64,000 nucleotides of DNA from Takakia lepidozioides (taxonomy: Eukaryota; Plantae; Bryophyta): NCBI GenBank assembly GCA_030704615.1, contig CM060731.1:71610001-71674000 (forward strand), written 5' to 3'. The notes beneath the pieces are model-generated. The model was given only the letters and a program-made list of their open reading frames with translations. It was not told the origin of the DNA and searched no databases. The position numbers and the translations under genes are program-made. The first letter of the stretch is position 1, and every line of letters begins with the position of its first letter. This document shows positions 12,801 through 24,889 of the stretch, one piece after another.

Positions 12801-15800
12801 TTTGGGGGTCCTTTGTCTTTACTTGATGTGTAAGCCGAGGCTTGGAAGTCTTGTTTTGGTGCAGAGGTTGGATCCCGTATAATAAGCTTGTGCTGAAACT
12901 GGAGATGCAGAAGGTTAGTTTCCACTGGATCAGGGTTTTGTTTTCAGCATTAGAGAGGGACCTACTTAGTACCCTCAAATGTATTGTGAGTTTTGCCCTC
13001 TTATTCTGTTGGTTCCCTCCACTCCCTAGACAAATTTGATGTTTCGATGGGAATGATGGATGCAGGCAAGGACCAATGTGTCCTGCTTTGGAGCATAGAG
13101 GACCAGATCACTGGTATTCAGGATTCCAGAGCTGGCACACCCGCTGGTGGGGGGGGACGGCAGACATGGAACACTGGGGGTGCTGTGTCTGACCTCTCTG
13201 CTGCCACCTCTGTTGGCCCAAGAGGAGTGTTCAAGGGCCATAGTGACACCGTGGAGGACGTCCAATTTCGGCCTTCAAGGTGGTCTTGAGATACCATCAA
13301 TCTTATGCTTGGCTACTTTGGTCCTCAGATTTGTGTGGATGCGTGCAGCTCCTTGTCCATTCACATACTGAGTTTGTGGTATTGGTTGGCTTTGGGCTTT
13401 GGGCCTGGGAATATCAGCACGCAGGAATTCTGCAGTGTGGGTGATGACTCTCGCCTCATTCTGTGGGATGCGCGCTCTGGCCATGAGCCCACTCTCAAGG
13501 TCACACCCCTTTGCCCCTTGGTGCTACCCTTTTCTTCCCCTTTTTTGGCTCATATCCTGTTTGATTGAACTTGAGGATTGCAGTTGTGGTTGAACAGGTG
13601 GATAAAGCACATCATGCAGACCTGCACTGTGTGGACTGGAATGCCCACAATGAAAATTTGCTTCTCACTGGGTACCATCTTCCTCTTCAAATCTCAATGT
13701 AGTTGAACGGAAGATAAATGGAGCCAGAACTTGCCCTTTTGAGTATTTAGGAAAGGCAGTGTCATATGTGCAAGCGTGCTTTGGATGAAATGTTGATCCA
13801 GAAACCTACTCGTACTTTTATCTTTTTTTGGTGACCAGCTATTTTATTTAGAAATCTCTCTTTGCCCTCACTAATGAAGCAAGGGGTTTGGTAATGGATT
13901 GGATGCTGCAGGTCAGCAGATGCCTCTGTGAGGCTATTTGATCACCGCAAGCTCTCTGCAAATGGCCAGGGTGTTCCTATTCTGCAGTTTGAAGGTCATA
14001 CTGCTGCTGTGCTGTGTGTGCAGGTACACTCTTGGACCCATGATCCATAACTTGTCTTTGATTGCTACCATAATATACCCGATAACCTTCTCTTCCTCTT
14101 ACTTGCATAATTAGCTCCCTTTATCTGCATCTGTCATTGGCTCTCTTGCCACTTTCAAGACTTTCAATCCTTCGTAACTGATGGATTAATATTTGGGCTT
14201 GGAATTTACATTGGGTTAGGATTGTAGGTCTTCAGTGTTTTCCTATTTTGGGATAATAATCATGTGGGCACTCAATTTTTCTTAGTGCATGAGATGTGTG
14301 GTTCTTATGAGAGCAAACCCCACAAAGCCATCAATGAGCTTGACGGTGACCACCTAACCAATCACAAGGCTGTTCTCAAGTACTAGACGACACCACTGCC
14401 TGTCTGTTTCTTGAAGGCTGTATTTGATTATCAATACTAAGGTAGCTTGTGCCGTTGGCCCATGTGTCCAGTGTCATCTAAGCCCAAGTGTAAGATCTTC
14501 TATGTATCCCAGTGCGTCTCCTATGTCGAGGCCCAAGCGCGACCTCTAGGGTAGTTTGTGCCTTTGGCCCATGTATGAAGAATTGAAATCTAAGACCAAG
14601 TGCAATTTCCTATGTGTCCTAGTGCGTCTCCTATGTCGAGGCCCAAGTGCGACCTCTAGTGTAGCCTATGCCGTTGGCCCATGTGTGAAGAATTGAAATC
14701 TAAGACCAAGTGCAATTTATCCAAGTGGGTCTCCTATGTCGAGGCCCATCTAAGCCCAAGTGCAATCTTCTATTCATGTATCCAAGTACGTCTCCCATGT
14801 CAAGGCCCAATTTTTATTTTTTTCCATGAATTTTTTGAGTAGGAATATATCCAATCATTATTGTTATATCTCCTGTCGAGGCTCCAATCATTGTCCCAGG
14901 AAAGCCTACTTTGCTATTTTTCACGTGCAATCCCTTATGTATCCCAAGTGCGACCTCCAGTGTCCAATGTCATCTAAGTCCAAGTGCAATCCCTATGCAT
15001 CCAGAGACCCTGCAGTTTGGGAGATCTCCACGTCATTGTTCCAACAAAGCCCACTTTGCTATTTTTGCAATCTCCCCTGTCAAGGCTTCATATATTGATA
15101 TATCCACTTTGCTATTTTTCACGAATTTCCAGCGACCAAAAGTACTTGAAATTCGATATTTCCACATGAAGGGCCAACCATTGCTCCAGGAAAGCCCACT
15201 TTGCTATTTTTCGCAAATTTCTGGCGACCCAAAGTACCTGAAATTCGACATCTCATACCGCAGGTCCAAAAATTATGAGACTAAGCCGGTGCACCCCTCC
15301 TCATCGAGGGCTTTCCAACGACACCAAGCACCAGGGCTGAGGCCCCGCGGTTTGGAGATCTCAACGACGCTACAAAACAAAACAAAACAAAACAAACTGC
15401 CTTGCTTTGTATATTGATTGCCGGTGCTGCTTGTTGGTGAGGGCTTTTGGGTGTGCAGTGGTGTCCAGACCGGGCATCTGTGTTTGGTAGCTGTGCAGAG
15501 GATGGGTTACTGAACATATGGGATTTTGAGCAGGTACTAATAGCCTATTTCCCTTCTGCTGCCGATGTCGCTCCCTCTTTCTTTTTTTCGTGGATTTAGT
15601 CATCAATGTCACAGACGGTCAGGGTTTCTTTCATTCAAGAGTTATTTTTGCTGTCTGGGCCTTCTACTTTTGTTTGCTCAAGGCTCATTCATGAAAGTGA
15701 GCTAGTTTCCTTTGTAAGCTCTGACTGGTTCACCATTCAGAAGTCTCTGTTGCAGAGTGCTACCAGTAGTGGTCATGAGTGCTTCCTGTGTGATATTTGC

Positions 15801-16770
15801 AGGTGGGCAAGAGAGTGTCAGATGTCAATAGAGCGAAAAAGGCATCAAAGGTGCCTCCGGGGCTCTTCTTTCAGCATACAGGGCACAGGTATGTGCGTTG
15901 CGTGCATGGATGTTTTCTATAGTCATTTCCCTGTTTATTATTGGTGGAGAAGATGCCATCTAGGCAACTTCTGAGCCTGCTGGCTGTGGCATGCCGCCGG
16001 AGAAAATCACTGCTGGCGTTTGGCCTTTGCCGCCATACATGTGACGTTACTGGGATGTACACATTTGTGTTAGTGTGGTTTGCAGAGCTTACCCAATACC
16101 CTCCCCCCTTAGTGCTCTTCAGCTCATATGAAGGATCAAGATAGAAGAAGGATTTGCTAAAAACTGATAATTGTGATTGCAATCATATGGGGGAAGCAGG
16201 GATAAGGTGGTGGACTTCCACTGGGATGCCAGCGATCCATGGACAATTGTCAGTGTGTCAGATAATGCTGAAAGCAATGGTGGAGGGGGAACCCTGCAGG
16301 TACATTTTTTGGTTTTGCCTGGATCATGTTGCTTGCCCATAAACATGCCCAAATCAGGTTATATCTTCAATCACTATTTTGTTTTGAACCCACACAAAGA
16401 GATTGCTAGGTATTCATTCCGCCTGCAGCCATGCCGACATTCTAGACTTCTACATGGCCCATGTGGTCTGATGTAGTCCTTACCACACGAAATGGCCTGC
16501 CTCTGCATGTCTAAGTCTCCAAGAATCCCCATTAGTTTGTAAGGTGGCATTGTCAGCTGGATCTTCTGCATGCAACACGGTCTGACTCATTATACAGCAC
16601 TTGCAGGTGCAGTTGGTATCACAATAAATGTTTTAACATATAAGTGCTGCTGGTTGTTGATGCAGATTTGGAGAATGATTGATTTTCTCTACAGACCTGA
16701 AGAAGAGGTTTTGGCTGAGCTTGATAAACTGCATCCTCAGATTCCATTGTTTCCAGCTGCAGTTAGCTAG
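9893..16770 (+). CDS. MSI4: WD40 histone-binding protein MSI4/FVE-like, 15 coding exons
   Basis: Exons 9893-9999, 10725-10788, 11049-11135 (GC donor), 11377-11439, 11833-11898, 12323-12397, 12603-12678, 13066-13279, 13418-13499, 13598-13671, 13912-14023, 15459-15533, 15803-15888, 16200-16299, 16666-16770: YDWLANHNLVWPSLSCRWGP, HPGEVNRIRELPQNSKIVATHTDSP, FQHTGHRDKVVDFHW; an acceptor at 9884 implies an upstream exon, so the true start could lie further 5'. Confidence 0.93.
14437..15417 (-). mobile_element. Non-autonomous Helitron (family A) in an MSI4 intron
   Basis: Minus strand begins A|TC and ends with a GGGCC-AAC-GGCAC imperfect hairpin then TTAG|T; internal tandem repeats; homologous to 45159-45720. 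Confidence 0.7.
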
Positions 16771-18416
16771 TTGGTGCATACAACATTGACCAGCACAGCC
16801 CTCAAAACACAAGGATACACAAGAGGATATTGCTGATGAATGACTGCTAAGATGGAATGGCCCAGTCTGTTTCCTTTATTTGCTACCAGTTTAGTGAAGT
16901 ACCCACAAATTAGGAAGAGGGAGAGATGGTGAGCCACTGAACAAAGGACAAGGATGTGTGTACGCGAGAAAAGGTGGCTTGAATGGAGAACTAAACAAGC
17001 AATGGTCCGAAGGGGTGGGAGTATTGTGACAAAAACCAGGCTCCAGCTGTGATGTAGGAGCAACTGCAAGTCTTTGGAAAGACAATTTCTAAGGAGTGGC
17101 AAGTGCTGCAGTTGGCCATTTCATTACAATGAATCGATGTGGCTTGTGGCCTGCCCACCAGCACAGAAGGTTCACCTATTAGCCAACAGATTTGTGTGCC
17201 CATTGCGTGTCCATTGTGCATCGTTGGTGTCACCATTTTTCAATACCTGCCAATATTGTGCATGTCAAAATTTTCACACATATATGTTATCAACTATGCT
17301 AGGCCAAGAAAAAATTATCCGTTGCCTATGGATTCAGAGGATATTAGTGAGTAACCAGCAGTTCCCAACCTGGTATCATGCATCAAGTATCAACATCAAC
17401 AGTAGTGGTGAGGGTGAAAGATAAGCTAGAAAGGAAAGGGAGGTTGTCATGCTGTTTGAACAGTTTGTCATCCTGCTTTTCAGGACAATGAAAGAGAGTA
17501 GAGAGGTGTTTCCAATGCCAGTCAGTGAGACTGTTCATCCCTTGGCCAAAGACCAATAGGGTAGAAGCACTGTTCATGGCGCATGTGCCCCATAGTGGCT
17601 CTCAAAAGTAAGCCCATGGGGCAAGAAAGTATGCCCATTTCTGGAACGTGTCAGGGTGGGGTGCGCCATGATAGGCCAGCAAGCTTACCCAAAGAGGAAT
17701 GAACTACAATACACCACTTAATCCATCACTTTACACTCAAATTATCCTAGGTAGATGATGTAGAGCTGGGATTCCTTCTCACCTTACTTTTCTACATGGA
17801 TGAATGGAGGAGGGATGCGCTCCGGATGATTTAAGGGATGGACGAAGCCAGGATGAAAGCTGGATGGACTTACACCTTGCGCATAAGGATGAGCTGGCAA
17901 CAGCCGATGGCTTTATTAGGGGCTGTCTTATTCTAACAGCTAGTTTAGGATCAGATTAGGATGGGACTGGGTGATCTGGCTTCTTTCTATGGCTGTGCTG
18001 GAAGGGCATCTGGTGGACCTATGTGTAAGTGTCACACGGCACTAGGATTAGATTATGACCTAATACTGTTTTTCTCCTACTGCGCTCCTAGTCCTCCTTT
18101 TGTGTGTTGTTCTCTCTTCTTTCCGTATCATGGCCTCCTTCCGTGGTCAAGGATCATCTCGGTTTGGTAGACGGGGTTTCTACAGAGGCATTGGCCGCAG
18201 CAGAGGTAGAAGTGGGTCCTCTTATCTCTCCTCTGAGGACGTTGGTTCTATTTCTAATTCGTTTCCAATTCCCTAGTCTTCGGCTTATCCTTCGATCTTA
18301 GGCCGTGGGCCTCCTTCTCATTTCTCCTCATCTCCGGAACCTTCCAATGCTTCTCTTTGCCCAGAGGCTGTTGAAGTTCTTGATGAAAAATGAGCAGATT
18401 TGGCCGATCAACATGG

Positions 18417-18960
18417 CACTACAAGATATGAGCGTTTTTAGGACTACGGCTTTGGCGGAGTCATAAAAACTGCACTAGGTAGATGACTACAGAGCGCTGA
18501 AATGCGTTGCAGTCATAGTTTTATCACTACATGACTCCGGAAAATTAGGAAGCTTTGGTCAAACATTGTTGACCACGATGACAGGGATGGTTTATATGAC
18601 TAGTGTGATATGTTTGACTACACGAGGACGACGTTTCATGGAATGTTATGACTCCATGACTGGATATGGTTTCACAGCTCTAATTATACGACTACATCGC
18701 TACACGTGTCATTTCGAAGGCAAATACACGAATGTATTCATCCATTGGACGAGTTCATCCACAGCATGACATGGCATGTAAACTTATGATTGTCTGACTG
18801 CAGATTGATTCATGACTCTATATATATGACTACATCACTACACGTGGCATTTTAAAGGCATTTATATGACTTTATTAGTACACGTGTCATTTTGAAGACA
18901 TATACATGAATGGATCTATCCATAGGATAAGCTCATCCATCCATGTTTGCCGAAATCCTA
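18417..18960. mobile_element. CACTA (En/Spm) terminus with subterminal repeats
   Basis: CACTACAAGA at 18417 followed by many ATGACTAC/CATGAC-like motifs. Confidence 0.7.
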
Positions 18961-19069
18961 TCAGCTTAGTACATGTGTTAGTTTCCTATTGGTTTGATAT
19001 AGCTCAAGCATTTTGTAGTTACCGTAGAGCACTAAGTCGCATTCTTCATTGAGTCTGTAAAGTGAGAGT

Positions 19070-19310
19070 TTGCAAAGGATGCCATTTGGAATGTGGAGTT
19101 TGCAGAGAGGGAATGTGCGACAGTATGGCTGAACGACTGGTCGTGTCTTCAAATGCAATGATTGCAGGATAGCATGGTAATCATATCATAGGCGAGAACT
19201 GCATCTCCTTGAAGAAATTTGGAACGTTACCTTCATGGACATGTATGGAAGCATCGACGATGAGAATTCGAAGGGAGAGTTCGATATGATCTACAAAGGT
19301 TATCTGGTGT
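19070..19310 (+). pseudogene. Degenerate PPR/E-domain fragments
   Basis: NAMIAG, MDMYGSIDD and GNVEFAER-like remnants with stops. Confidence 0.45.
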
Positions 19311-19584
19311 CAGATTGGTAAGTTATAATCGAAACGTTTAAATATCTGCTGCCAAGTCTACATCTCTTCTATTAGCAGTTATAACCAATCACCATCATGA
19401 AGCTACAGGCCCGATGCGAAATCCCAATCGGAACCTGCATCTTCCTCCCCTTTTTTGTCCTTATTTCGCTGTCAAACCCTTCATTCTATGTGGAAGGTTC
19501 CAAATGGAACTTCACATTTCCCCTCATGATCTTGATTTTGGGATTCTTTTCGAATGCAATGTTGTTAGGATATAGGTAGCATTG

Positions 19585-20850
19585 TCGTCATCACAGGTTG
19601 GCCGGTCAAATAATGGAGATATTACAAAGGAAAGGTTGAAGCTGGCCGCCAGTATATGTGTTCTCTCTGCGAATTGCCAAACTGGCTTCATCAAGAATGT
19701 GCAGGGTCGCAATGTCCTCACTAACTTTTAGGTTACTTTCATTTTAAGTGGGTGCAGTGCTGCTTCTAGTATGGGGCTCTTATCACTCAGTACATCATAG
19801 CGGAATTGAAGTGCTTATCCTCAGGTAAATCTGTGTCTTTTGGCACTCTAAAGTGAGTTTTTTTTGTTGTCAGGGTTAAAGGCCGTGTCGTAAATTGACT
19901 TGGGATTGGTCCAGGGAATAAATTTCACCACAGACAAGTTGATGGAGGTTGGTGCGGAAATGGTAGAGTCTGATAGAGTCACATGTGGATGTGAAAACAA
20001 CAGACAATTACATGTTGCGGATTTTCTGCATTGGCTTCACAAAGAAGCGACCCAACCACATTAAGCGCACTTGCTACGCACAATTTCAAAAATGTTAGAC
20101 AATTTCTAGGGCTCTTCGACAAAATGATGCAATTCTTAGAAGTTGAATGGCAGTCTCTGAAAGAAATAGAACCTCAAGTACACCAGCCAATAGTTTTTGG
20201 GGATAATGAAGGCATTTCAGGTCTCTGATGTCCATTTCTGAGGTTCATGTGTGAGTGGGAGAGAGAGAGAGAGAGAGAGAGAGAAATTTCCATAGAACAT
20301 GACGGTTGCAATGGTGGTTGCTTGTCAGGAACACTGCAAAACATTGTATGCAGCTAGTATTTCCATGCAGGTCCTTCACCAGTTTCGCGATATGCAGCCT
20401 GATGTAAGTAGTGTTACCATGTCTCGGCTTGCTTCGGTGGAAGATGAGGGAGATCATTGTGCATGAAGCTCAAACTTGTGATTTGAAGGTTCTTGTAGCC
20501 AAGTTCATTCCAGAGGTGATTGGAAAAGACATTGAGAAGATATCAGCCAGTATGTATCATATACAGAACACCTTCATCCACAAAGTAAATATTATGAAAG
20601 CTCCCAGAGTTGATGTGGGCAAGCTTATGGAGGTAGAACTCGCTTCCCTCCTCTAATTTAAGTGTTAGATAAGTTTCAGTTTAGTGTCAACGTTCACTGC
20701 ATACATTGGTTGTTTTCTTGGCTGGTATCTTGTTGCTTGGCTGCTTTCATGGGGATCACATACAGTGAGGAGGTGGGAGCAAAGATAGAGCGACATGTTG
20801 GTGAGTTGGAAGAGCTTGAAGGGGAGCATGTTGAGGTACCAGGGGTTAAA
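19585..20850 (+). pseudogene. RPS3A: 40S ribosomal protein S3a (eS1) pseudogene retaining introns
   Basis: [91 protein letters not shown]; stops and frameshifts. Confidence 0.85.
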
Positions 20851-22150
20851 TTGAAAGAGGAGGAGTACGAACGTAAGTTCTGCTGCAATAATTTTTGTTT
20901 TCCAGCCTACATGTTCTTGTTGGATATTAATTGAAGTGATTTCAATGTTGCTGCAATACCATAATAAAGTGGAGGCTGCTGAATGCAGTTGGCCTTGCTT
21001 GGTGCGGACAGAATCCATTGCAATGTGGAGATGGCTGATTATAGCATTTCCAGAGGATGGTGTGGATGGCCTTGTGTGGTGCATGCAGAGTCCGTGGCAA
21101 TGTGGAGATGGCTGAATGGGCAAAGGAGGCAAGTGGCAAAGAAGCCACGTCACTGGTACATAGTTGTGTGCGACATACTACATGAAACTGTACTATATGT
21201 CATTCCAGAGACTGTCATTGTTGGTCCATGTGTTTTACAACAATGCTATCAATATAAGACTTCTGGTTCGCATTGGAAGCTCAATCCCTGTAAGTTCATT
21301 GTGTGTGAAGCTCAAACTTGTGATTTGAATGATCTTATAGCCAAGTTCATTCAACCGGAAAGGAAAAATTCTGAAAGCTCCCAAATTTGATGTGGGCAAG
21401 CTTATGGAGGTAAAACTCAGCTTCCCTCCTGTAATGTAAGTGCTGGATAAGTTTCATTTAGTGTCGACCTTCACTGCATATATTGGCTCTTTTCTTGGCT
21501 GGTTTCATATTTTCTTGGCTGGTATGCTGTTGGTTGGCTTCTTTCATTTCACGTGTGTAGTGGAAGGGGAGAAGTACTTTCCTAAGTTTTGCTGCAACAA
21601 TGTCTTTTTCCAGCCTAGATGTTCTCGATGGATATAAATTGAAGTGCTTTGAATGTTGCTGCAATACTATAATAAAGTGGAGGGTGCTAAATGCAATTGG
21701 CCTTGCTTCGTGCAGGCATAATCCAAGGAAATGTGGACATAGCTGAAACCCCATGATAGCATTTCCGGAGGACGGTGTGGATGGCCTCACAATCCAGCAT
21801 GCAAAATCCATGGCAATGTGGAGATGGCTGAATGGGCAAACATGTTAAGTGGCGAACAAGCCACATCACTGGTACATAATTGCATGCTTACATAGTACAT
21901 GAAAGTGTACTATATGTCATTCCCGAATATGACCATGTTGGTCCATGTATTTTACAACAATGCTATCAATAAAAGACCAATGGTTCGCATTGGAAACTCA
22001 ATCCCCGTAAGTGGCTTGTGCGTGATGCTCAAACTTGTGATTTGAAGGATCTTATACCCCAGTTCATTGCAGAGGTGATTGGAAAAGACATTGAGAAGGC
22101 AACAGCCGTTATCTATCCTCTACAGATCCCCTTCAATTTGATGTGGGAAA
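20455..22150 (+). repeat. Tandem repeat of about 720-840 bp (two full units plus a partial third) containing the RPS3a 3' exon fragment
   Basis: GCTCAAACTTGTGATTTGAA recurs at about 20468, 21309 and 22027; intervening blocks are colinear. Confidence 0.8.
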
Positions 22151-22519
22151 GCCGGCTGGCTGGAGGTCTAGTCTCACTTTCACTCATCTAATGTCAGTGT
22201 TGTATCCATTGCAATGTGGAGATGTTTGAAACAACATTGAAGCATTTCCAGAGGATGGTCTGGATGGCCTTTCGTGGCGTGTGCCGAATCCATGGCAAGA
22301 AAACATTGCAGGCAGAACCCATGGCAATGGTACCAGCACGGGTTGGTCCAAAGCCAATTGCAACAACAAATGAATAAAGGGTGCTGAAAGGAAAGCACTC
22401 CATAATTGATCATAAAATCCACTGTCCAAGCATGATATCTTAATGGGAATGCGAAGGGAGTGTTACCACCTTAAACTATCATGCATGGTCTATAACTGGA
22501 GTGCACAAATCTAGCATAT

Positions 22520-23260
22520 CTAATCTTCATCATCCTCATCTATGTCTGGGTCACTACATGTATCACTGTCTTCATCACAGACTTGATCTTGTCCAAGGGT
22601 TGGCTGAACATCATCACCACGTATACGGGGTGCTCGGAGGTACAAGGAGGCCACCTGCTCTGAAGTAACCGGTACCGCTCGGCTGCATGTTGGGCCATCA
22701 GTAACCAGAGTCTCCTCTAGTCTTTGTGGGGCTAACAATCCTTCCACTTCCGCCACATCATCATTATCAATTGATATGTCGCAGACCACTCTACGTGCTC
22801 GGGGGCTCTTCTCCAGGACGACTTTTCCACCCCGGCTCCTTCACACAATCAGAAAAAAACACTTGATCAACCTGGCCAGGAAACACAAAAGGTTGCTCAG
22901 AAGGTGGAAGCATATGGTTAAAATTGACCAGTGTGAAGCCAACATCATCCTGCTTCATTGACATAGGTTGACGACCCACGCGACGCGCCCGTACCCATGA
23001 ACACAAAAACACTATAGGCTGTGTTTGGCCATAGTCAATTTGCAAAATCTCCCTTATAAGACCCACATATCTTGTAGGTTCCTCCATGTCATTGCCTGAA
23101 TTGTTGGTAATGGGCTGGTGCTGGAAAACAGATGAGACTCCACAATCAAAAGACACCATACTTGTTGTGTTCATGCCGGGGGATGTAACCCTGTAATGGT
23201 TACCATACGCTGTCATACTCTTGAATGACAGGGCAGTAAATGATGGAGGCCTTGATGTTT
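22520..23260 (-). mobile_element. CACTA transposase C-terminal (DUF4216-like) fragment
   Basis: SFDCGVSSVF..YVGLIREILQIDYG..IVFLCSWV..DDVGFTLVNF..QPFVFPGQVDQVFF..PGWK. Confidence 0.8.
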
Positions 23261-23261
23261 T

Positions 23262-23728
23262 GCCAAGTACAAAACACCCTCAAACTTTCAAATCTAATAT
23301 CAAGCACTCAAGCCTATAGGTTGTGGATCAAATACTCATCTCCCTCTATCTCTTAGACAAAACCTCGCTCTGATACCATGTTGGAATTTGACAGAGAATA
23401 GAGATAAAAGATGAATTGATTAAGTATTGATAACTCTCCACCTAACCATAGGACCACAACATGCTTTGTGTCCACCCTCCGAGATCTCCCTATTTATACT
23501 CAAAGTCTATTCCGGGAGAAGCTGAGATAACTGCATAACACCTGAGTTATTTCCAAATGATATTCTGGTACACTGACTTGAGTCATTAATAACTGAAGCT
23601 AATTTTAGCTAACTGAGGCATATCTCTATTGTTAACTATGACTTGTCAACACTGCTATTATTGAAGTCTAACTTGTCATCACAGTAACTCTGAGTAGCAG
23701 TAACTTGGTAAGGAGTTGATTTCCAACA
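23262..23728 (-). mobile_element. LTR (23379-23728) plus tRNA-iMet PBS and leader of a truncated LTR retrotransposon
   Basis: TGTTGGAA...TTCCAACA inverted ends; adjacent GCTCTGATACCA is the reverse complement of the TGGTATCAGAGC PBS. Confidence 0.85.
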
Positions 23729-24372
23729 GTGTCGTCGCTAGAATAAATATAGGCACAAGGGCTAGGCTGAGGGGGTGGGGATTTGACTGCGCCGGGGTAC
23801 TTTGCTTCAATGTACTGTGGAACAGGCCCGACATTCCAACTAGGAATGCGGTCGAGCCCGATATGGCGAGCCTGCATTCCGCCAGGTGGAACGGGTGCCT
23901 ACCAAAGCCCGTTCCAAAGCGTAACCAATGTTCCCTACTGTCGATTCTTAGGACAACGTGTGGATGAGAGTATCCCTATGAAACCCTAGAATCGAGAGCA
24001 AGTACCCGTAGATGCTGATTGATCGTACGGTTGAGAGGAGTTCTCTTTGTCTATATGGTCTATGTACACATATTATGCTCTCTCTCTCTCTCTCTCTCAT
24101 TCTTGGAATGCTTGGTATGGGGTCCACACAGCCCCTTGTTTGTGCCCTACCGTTAATGTAAAGGGCCTCTAAAACAGCCGGAAACGGACACCAAAACCGG
24201 TTAGGTGCATGTGTATTTTGCTCAAGGCCCAGATGAAGGCAAACAGGGGCAGAGCCCCAGCTTGAAGGCTAGCACAGGGATTTGAACCCCGGACCCACAT
24301 GCCAATGCACATGATGTCTTACATAGCCCTGCTCTGATACATAGATACAAATTGAAACTTACAATATTAACA

Positions 24373-24460
24373 CTAGGGCTTCGCGTTGCTCTGCACTACC
24401 AGCGACGACTTCTGAGAACAATGTTCTTTTTTATTGGAAATATATTTCATTCGAAATTTT
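24373..24460 (-). mobile_element. Helitron family B 3' end fragment
   Basis: Reverse complement of the 39085-39133 terminus (GCAACGCGAAGCCCTAG|T). Confidence 0.55.
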
Positions 24461-24889
24461 CTCTTGCTGGAGACCCATACACAACATTTGGCAAGCATAG
24501 ATACCAAACCATCAAACTACAAAACTTCTCTCTGAATATTTGTACAAATCACAGCAAGTCGACATAGCACCACCTCCACCAACAATGGTTGATTGAATCC
24601 AAGTTTGTGCCTCAGGTCAAATCCCTGCCAGCGTCCTGAGTAGATGTAGTATTCACTCCCAAATGTACTGTCTTTTGAAGATGACCCCCCTCTCTAGCAG
24701 AGTCACCAAGGGAGATATGCATTTTACACGATTTGATGAGGAGTTCCTGAGGTCAAAAGCCTGGAATTACAGAAATTCAGCAGCACAGGTAAGTGATTAC
24801 AAGTGTACAAACAAATGCTACAACAAAACGCCTTGTAGAGCTCAAACTGTTCAGCATCGTCCTTTATCTTGTCCCTGTTCTAGAGTATG

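Noticed and set aside
17750-18400. Possible LTR fragment
   Set aside because: Composition is suggestive but I could not find TG..CA ends, a PBS or a second copy.
23730-24070. Coding-like minus-strand fragment (GLDRIPSWNVGPVP)
   Set aside because: Contains stops and I cannot assign it to any family.
24255-24340. tRNA gene
   Set aside because: Only a B-box-like GGTTCAAATCC on the minus strand; no cloverleaf, probably a SINE remnant.
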